Assembly: GCA_964370865.1 (NCBI GenBank)
Contig: CAYJKF010000004.1
Coordinates: 22,734 to 86,733 of the forward strand
DNA from: an uncultured Candidatus Saccharibacteria bacterium
GTDB taxonomy: Bacteria > Patescibacteriota > WWE3 > 2-01-FULL-39-13
Direction of reading: 5' to 3'
DNA length: 64,000 bases
The position numbers and the translations under genes are program-made. The notes under the pieces were generated by a model, which ran no database searches, was not told where the DNA came from, and saw nothing but the letters and a program-made list of their open reading frames with translations. Position 1 is the first letter of the stretch. Every line of letters starts with the position of its first letter. Below are positions 58,672 to 64,000 of the stretch, piece after piece.

Positions 58672-59964
58672 TTAGAGTGATTTAACTATTTCAACTGCTT
58701 TATCTAATTGGACATCTTTAAGATTTTTAATGTCTTCGTCGGTGAATTCCACTACATGATCTGGTTTGATTCCACCTTTTATTTCATTTCCTTCTTTGTC
58801 TTTCTCGTTATATTTGCTGTCCTCGAAATCTGAGTTATATTTATCAATCCAATTTCCTGCTGGTGTTAACCATTTTGCAATTGTTACGTGTAAAGATGCA
58901 CCGTCATTAAATTCTTCGGCTTTTTGAACACTTCCCTTTCCATATGATCTCATTCCGACTATTTGAGCATTTGCCTTTTCTTTTAGTGCTGCGGTAACTA
59001 TTTCTGCTGCTGAGGCCGAACCTTCATTAATAATTACAACAAGTGGAACTGGTTTTTCTACAAATTTTCCTTTTCTTTCAACTTCATAGTCATCTGAGGT
59101 TCCATCTGATAATTCTTCTCTTACAACACTTACGCCAGTATTTATGAATTCCGATGAAATATAAACTGACGATTGCAAATATCCTCCTGGATTATTTCTT
59201 ACATCAAGAACAATTCCCTTTAGATTAGGCATTTGAGTTATAATTTCTGAAATTGCCTTATCCCACTCTTTATTAGTTGTTTCTCCAAATCGAGTTAATT
59301 TAATGAGTGCGATTCCATCACCCTTGTCTTCCCAGGTAACGCTGTCTACTTTGATAGTCTGTCTTGTAACTACAACATCTTTTGGAAGTTCAAAACTATC
59401 TCTATAGATATTTAAAGTAACTGAAGTTCCAGCTTGACCTCTAATTTTTGATACTGCGGTGTTTATTGTGTAACCTGCGGTATCTTCTCCATTTATAGCC
59501 AAAATGTTATCCCCAGCCATTAATCCCGCTTCTATCGCAGGTGAATTAGCTAATGGCGTTTGAATAATTAATCTTTTATCCTCGTCATATCCAAGTTGGG
59601 CACCGATTCCTTCATATAATCCATTTAAGGAATCTAAACTTTCTTTATTTTCTTCTACATTTAAATAAGTGGTATAAGGATCTCCGATTGCATCAACCAT
59701 TCCATGGATTGCACCATCTAGTAATTTTGTGGGATCAAGTGGCTTTCGAACATGTTTTTGATTTAACATATCCCAAACTTCCCAAAATCTTGCAAAGTCT
59801 ACATCTTTAGGTGTTTCTGCCTCTTTATTTTTAATTTCAATTGGAATAACTTCTTTTTTTATATTTACGTCGTAGCCTTTAGAGCCAAAGTAGTACCCTC
59901 CAATTGCTGCACCTAAAAGTAAAAACAACGTAGTGATGATATTTTGTATTCGCTTAACGTCCAT
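58672..59964 (-). CDS. C-terminal processing protease (S41, CtpA-like)
   Basis: DPYT, GIGA, DVRNNPGG, SASAAEI, GKGSVQ, W.TP.G. Confidence 0.93.
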   Translation of the reverse strand: MDVKRIQNIITTLFLLLGAAIGGYYFGSKGYDVNIKKEVIPIEIKNKEAETPKDVDFARFWEVWDMLNQKHVRKPLDPTKLLDGAIHGMVDAIGDPYTTYLNVEENKESLDSLNGLYEGIGAQLGYDEDKRLIIQTPLANSPAIEAGLMAGDNILAINGEDTAGYTINTAVSKIRGQAGTSVTLNIYRDSFELPKDVVVTRQTIKVDSVTWEDKGDGIALIKLTRFGETTNKEWDKAISEIITQMPNLKGIVLDVRNNPGGYLQSSVYISSEFINTGVSVVREELSDGTSDDYEVERKGKFVEKPVPLVVIINEGSASAAEIVTAALKEKANAQIVGMRSYGKGSVQKAEEFNDGASLHVTIAKWLTPAGNWIDKYNSDFEDSKYNEKDKEGNEIKGGIKPDHVVEFTDEDIKNLKDVQLDKAVEIVKSL

Positions 59965-59970
59965 AACTAT

Positions 59971-60813
59971 CTATTTATAACTGATTAGGGATGTAATATC
60001 AAATGAGTAGTTATTGAGCCAATCTGGCACTTTTCCGGTTGGAATAACTAACCTCGAATATTCACTGTCATACCAAACTACACTATCAATATTATTTCTA
60101 AATAAATCTTTGAGATTCTTGGTTATTTTAATATCGCCGTATCCGAAAATTATTCCAAGTGCTGCGTTAAAAGTAATTAACGATTGAAAATGAGTATAAT
60201 CTGTTGAAAATGCAAATATTCCTCTGGCACCAAGAGCAGAAATAATTGGGTATGTTTCACTATCGATTTGCTCAACTACGACGATTTTATCTTTAAATTG
60301 ATCTTTGTCTGGGTTCTCAATAAATTTGTGTGGATCTTCTAAATATGCCAGCCTTGAAACTTGAGATGGCCCTTTACCCACGAGTAAATTAATTACCAAT
60401 GATTTTTCTTTGACAACCAAACCCGTAAGAGTTTTTTCAATGACTTTACCCGGAAATTCAGCTTTAACAATCTGTTTAGACTCAGTGCTGTTATCATTTT
60501 GAGTTTTTACATATACATTCTTGTCATCAATATTTGTCACTACTCCTAAAATGCCAGATTTAACAGGCTTTTTCTTTAATTTTCCAGCTGTTGATATTAT
60601 GGTGTCTTCTACTAGATCCTCACCTATGGTTACGAGCAATTTACCTTCATAGGGAATTTCGACTATTTTTTCTCCTCCAGTTAATTCAATTTCAGCATCC
60701 AATTCTAAATAATCTCCAACATTGATATCAACATCACCGTTTTTATGTTCTATAAGGTAAAAAACATCTTTATATTGTATTTTATCTTTAATCATCCTGT
60801 TTATTTCGAGCAT
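59971..60813 (-). CDS. Hypothetical protein with barrel-sandwich-hybrid-like repeats
   Basis: VGD, KSGILGVV, AEFPGKV patterns; coupled to 60788..61699. Confidence 0.65.
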   Translation of the reverse strand: MLEINRMIKDKIQYKDVFYLIEHKNGDVDINVGDYLELDAEIELTGGEKIVEIPYEGKLLVTIGEDLVEDTIISTAGKLKKKPVKSGILGVVTNIDDKNVYVKTQNDNSTESKQIVKAEFPGKVIEKTLTGLVVKEKSLVINLLVGKGPSQVSRLAYLEDPHKFIENPDKDQFKDKIVVVEQIDSETYPIISALGARGIFAFSTDYTHFQSLITFNAALGIIFGYGDIKITKNLKDLFRNNIDSVVWYDSEYSRLVIPTGKVPDWLNNYSFDITSLISYK

Positions 60814-61699
60814 CTAAATAAACTCCATTACTACACCCAAGGACTTCTAAATCGACCTTATTCTTAGGGTCATCCAATTTAATTGTTAAAGATTGTTTCT
60901 CGCTAATTTTAAATTTAGTGATTTTTTTAAGATCATGGTTTTCTTCTGGTTTCTTTTCATCGATATATAAATCCAATTTTTCTTCAGTATTTGGAACTAC
61001 CACTAATTTTTGATCGATATGAATTGGGTTCGTCTTAAAAAAGCTAACCGGATCGCTTTTTGAATGTATTAATGCAGCTAAGGTTGGAATCATAAAGCAA
61101 CCGTAGTCATAGGTAAATTCAAATATATGGTTGATATCACAAATATTTGCAAATTCTTCAACCACGAGTGGTCTAATTTTACGTTCGATATCATCATCTA
61201 AATCTTCAAAGGTAACGATAAATTCTTGCAAATGAACTTTTGGATTTATTGAGTTTTGAAAATGCTGTCTAATTCGGTAACGAGTAATTTTATCAACTAC
61301 TTTAACATCAAAATCCTCATTGTAGGCCACAAAATTTGCATATCTATTTAATAGTTCGGGCTCATTTTTAAAAGCATCAAAAGCATTATCAAAATTAATA
61401 AAAAGAATTCTGTCACCAAGACTGGTTAGTACCTGTTGAAAACTGTAAGTTTGCCAATGCTCTATATCTTTAATGTGTCCATTGAATACAGCGATTTTGT
61501 CAGCTCCATCGAACTCTGTTGGAGATATTTCTAAGTTATGACAAAGTATATCTTTTAATTTAGTTGAATCGATTGTGTTGAAAAAAGGATCAGCGCTATA
61601 ACTGTGTTTAATAAAAACTCTATTTATTACTGAAAAAGGATCAACATCCAATACAACAGCGCTTATCCAATTATTAGAAACGAAAAGGGACAGAAGCAT
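60788..61699 (-). CDS. Hypothetical protein, possibly a remote GlmL/MutL (glutamate mutase L)-like protein
   Basis: C-terminal G..GVYLDAR resembles the GlmL-family G.IIDARGR; weak. Confidence 0.55.
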   Translation of the reverse strand: MLLSLFVSNNWISAVVLDVDPFSVINRVFIKHSYSADPFFNTIDSTKLKDILCHNLEISPTEFDGADKIAVFNGHIKDIEHWQTYSFQQVLTSLGDRILFINFDNAFDAFKNEPELLNRYANFVAYNEDFDVKVVDKITRYRIRQHFQNSINPKVHLQEFIVTFEDLDDDIERKIRPLVVEEFANICDINHIFEFTYDYGCFMIPTLAALIHSKSDPVSFFKTNPIHIDQKLVVVPNTEEKLDLYIDEKKPEENHDLKKITKFKISEKQSLTIKLDDPKNKVDLEVLGCSNGVYLDARNKQDD

Positions 61700-61716
61700 A
61701 CAATCATTCTACCTTA

Positions 61717-61977
61717 TTAGTTTAAAGTGTGTCGATCTGTGAAAGGAATCATAGCTAAGAATCTAGCTTTTTTAATTTCGTTTTGAAGTTTTCGTTGAGC
61801 TTTTGCAGAAATTCCAGTCATTGATGATGGAAGAACCTTGAATCTGCTACTCATAAATTTTAATAATAAAGATGGATTTTTGTATGTAATTTCCATCAAT
61901 TTTATTTTCTTTAAAGTAGCATCTGCTTTTGGTCTTACTTCTTTTCTTTTTTGCTTTTGTTTTTTACCTTTTGCCAT
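61717..61977 (-). CDS. rpsR: 30S ribosomal protein S18
   Basis: YKN..LL.KF, TG.SAK.QR....IK.AR.LA.IPF. Confidence 0.92.
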   Translation of the reverse strand: MAKGKKQKQKRKEVRPKADATLKKIKLMEITYKNPSLLLKFMSSRFKVLPSSMTGISAKAQRKLQNEIKKARFLAMIPFTDRHTLN

Positions 61978-61984
61978 ATATTAA

Positions 61985-62458
61985 TTAAAACTTTGTGTCG
62001 GTAGGATTACTGGCAGGTGTATCCGCACCTAAATCAAATGCTCCGCCGATTTCATCCATTCCAATATCTTCTACATTATCTTCGGTTGCGTGGATTTCTC
62101 CTCCATTACCAGCGTCTCTTGGACTTGAGAGTATAAACATATCACTTGCCACAACCTCTGTCCTTCTCATCTTTTGACCTGTTTTTTGATCATCCCAAGC
62201 AGTTGTTGATAATCGTCCTTCTATCCAAACTTTGCTACCTTTTTTTAGGATTTTAGCGCAAATCTCAGCTAATTTAGACCAAGCAACAACATTCGTAAAC
62301 TCTGCGGACTCTACAACATTCTGTGAAGAATCTTTGTATTTTCTATTAGTTGCAACTCCGAAAGTTGCGATTGGAGTTCCACTAGATGTATATCTAAGCT
62401 CTGGATCTCTTGTTAAGTTACCAATTAAAAATACTTTGTTTAGCGACCTTGTTGACAT
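61985..62458 (-). CDS. ssb: Single-stranded DNA-binding protein
   Basis: LNKV.LIGNLTRDPE.RYT, KKG.KV.IEGRL, acidic tail. Confidence 0.95.
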   Translation of the reverse strand: MSTRSLNKVFLIGNLTRDPELRYTSSGTPIATFGVATNRKYKDSSQNVVESAEFTNVVAWSKLAEICAKILKKGSKVWIEGRLSTTAWDDQKTGQKMRRTEVVASDMFILSSPRDAGNGGEIHATEDNVEDIGMDEIGGAFDLGADTPASNPTDTKF

Positions 62459-62549
62459 TTTTTCTCCTTATTCCCTTTTATATAAACTATTTAATAAACT
62501 TAAATTATCAGGCAGTAATGAAATAATTTTAAGATTTTTATTAAATCTA

Positions 62550-62843
62550 TTATTCCTCAGCTTCAACTAAACTTAACAAATTTCTAACAACACCCTCTGT
62601 GTGATTTAGATATGTTACTACTGAATTTACCTTAAGTGAGTCGATATCAAGCTTGTTTATGTGATAGAACGCTTGTTCGAATTTTCCGACTTTATAAGCC
62701 AAATTCTTTAGTCCCCAGTCATCTATAATCTTAATTTTGCCACCTAATTCAGTGACTTTATCGCTTAATCCTTTAAAAATAGCGTCTAAATCGGCCTTTT
62801 TTAGGTCTGGGCTGTACATAATTACTAATTCGTATGAGTTCAT
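62550..62843 (-). CDS. rpsF: 30S ribosomal protein S6
   Basis: YEL..., WG.K.LAY, V.R; rpsF-ssb-rpsR order. Confidence 0.92.
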   Translation of the reverse strand: MNSYELVIMYSPDLKKADLDAIFKGLSDKVTELGGKIKIIDDWGLKNLAYKVGKFEQAFYHINKLDIDSLKVNSVVTYLNHTEGVVRNLLSLVEAEE

Positions 62844-62905
62844 AACACGAAAATAATAGCATGGAAATATTGAGCAAGCAACGCTTTTTGAGGATTGGTA
62901 CTAAG

Positions 62906-62943
62906 CGAAGGTATAGTAAGAAAATATCTTTACCATACCTTCG
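62906..62943 (-). terminator. Stem-loop after the small minus-strand gene
   Basis: cgaaggtat...ataccttcg inverted repeat. Confidence 0.5.
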
Positions 62944-62955
62944 ATAGCTTAATTC

Positions 62956-63135
62956 TTACTTTTGAAGTCTTTCTGCTTCGTCTTTTGATAAGATCTTGAA
63001 TAATTTCAATTCTTTACCATCTTTATTCAAAACAGCTTTTGCAGCTAATCTGCCGTTCTTCATTGTAACTACTTCAACTGCTGATTCTTCTACTTCAACA
63101 GATTGTTTAATCTGAACGCTATAAAATGTAACCAT
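62956..63135 (-). CDS. Small DUF5679/CC1-like putative nucleic-acid-binding protein (59 aa)
   Basis: Below the track cutoff. MVTFYSVQIKQSVEVEESAVEVVTMKNGRLAAKAVLNKDGKELKLFKILSKDEAERLQK; AGGTGA SD upstream; terminator downstream. Confidence 0.75.
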   Translation of the reverse strand: MVTFYSVQIKQSVEVEESAVEVVTMKNGRLAAKAVLNKDGKELKLFKILSKDEAERLQK

Positions 63136-63241
63136 TAAATATCACCTACTTTCATAATTTTAAAATCCATAAAAGCAATAATACTATATTTTAAGTTCAA
63201 ATTGTCAAAAAATGAGTTTGTGATAATATTCTCTCCATATT

Positions 63242-63856
63242 ATGACTGACACATTGGAAGTTGAAGATTCTAATAACGGTTATCAAAATTGGCGCTTTCC
63301 AGAAGGAACACTCATAGAACGATCTCCGAATGGTGGATTCTATATTTATGATCTTACTGGTAAACGACGTTGGAGCTGTTCTAGTTTTACATCAAAGGAT
63401 AATGAGAAAACCATAATCATTGAATTAGCGTGTCGTGTGGGTAGATCTTGGCACCGCCTAATTGATTATACTAAGGTGTGGAATGCTACCACTGGAGACC
63501 TACTCTGCACGGCAATTACGGTGAATGTTTTATATGATGCTAATCCCTATAAAATAGCGGAATATGACGATTCAACCTCTTGTCGACGAGTTGACTATAA
63601 CAGCAATTCTGATGGAACATTATCTCCCATTTCAAGTGCAGCATATTCTGGACCACGAAGTAGCATAGTATCTGATTTGAAACAGCATCATGCGCTAGCT
63701 ACAACAATGTCAGAACTCCCATTTCAAATTGACGTTGAATCAACTGGTCAAAATCTTTTTGAAATGTTCGCAAACGGGCAATTTGATACTCCCGAGTTCG
63801 TACTTCCGCAACCTGATACCGTTACCGAATTAGGCAGCATTTTGGTGGACCTCTGA
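63242..63856 (+). CDS. Hypothetical protein
   Basis: 204-aa ORF, no recognisable family. Confidence 0.6.
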   Translation: MTDTLEVEDSNNGYQNWRFPEGTLIERSPNGGFYIYDLTGKRRWSCSSFTSKDNEKTIIIELACRVGRSWHRLIDYTKVWNATTGDLLCTAITVNVLYDANPYKIAEYDDSTSCRRVDYNSNSDGTLSPISSAAYSGPRSSIVSDLKQHHALATTMSELPFQIDVESTGQNLFEMFANGQFDTPEFVLPQPDTVTELGSILVDL

Positions 63857-63869
63857 TATAATTTACCGG

Positions 63870-64000
63870 ATGAGCCAATTAGCCGTAGGAATTGTTGGTT
63901 TACCGAATGTAGGTAAATCTACATTATTTAATTCAATACTAAAACGTGAACAGGCGTTAAGCGCAAATTATCCTTTTGCAACAATCGATCCTAATATCGG
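63870..64000 (+). CDS. ychF: Redox-regulated ATPase YchF, 5' part (runs off the window end)
   Basis: [21 protein letters not shown]...[13 protein letters not shown]. Confidence 0.92.
   Translation, partial: MSQLAVGIVGLPNVGKSTLFNSILKREQALSANYPFATIDPNI

Noticed and set aside
1241-62570. Many short antisense or nested ORFs in the track (for example 1441..1734, 16020..16463, 24862..25311, 62232..62570)
   Set aside because: Shadow frames opposite or within well-supported genes, with no motifs.
63843-63852. tggtggacct matching the tRNA-Ala 3' end (possible att site)
   Set aside because: Only 10 bp, on the wrong side of the tRNA, and the intervening DNA is housekeeping genes.

Overview
A 64-kb, AT-rich, gene-dense bacterial chromosome segment using genetic code 11. 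The gene set is most consistent with Patescibacteria/CPR (a Microgenomates/WWE3/Dojkabacteria-like lineage; this is inference). 1-19 kb holds a type IV pilus locus: two paralogous giant Cys-rich secreted proteins, seven pilins, prepilin peptidase, and pilB/T/C, with holB embedded. Housekeeping genes follow (gyrB, ppa, gyrA, rnhB, pyk, xer, ruvC, efp, dnaB, rel, prfA, rpmE, rpsF-ssb-rpsR, ychF), plus two VirB4/TraG-like ATPases, a GldA/F/G-like ABC system, three canonical tRNAs and RNase P RNA. Highlights: (1) a ~1.5-kb island between a hydrolase-degenerate Rel gene and tRNA-Ala. It carries two non-canonical tRNA-like genes (an AAA anticodon and an 8-nt anticodon loop), each fused to a structured 3' RNA, and two paralogous ~100-nt Y-shaped RNAs, most with their own promoters. 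(2) A KOPS-like GTAGGG/GGGTAGGG motif flips strand inside the 800-bp gap next to the lone Xer recombinase, marking the probable replication terminus and a candidate non-canonical dif site. (3) A REP-like palindrome family has also inserted in-frame into rnhB. All motif searches were done by eye and are not exhaustive.
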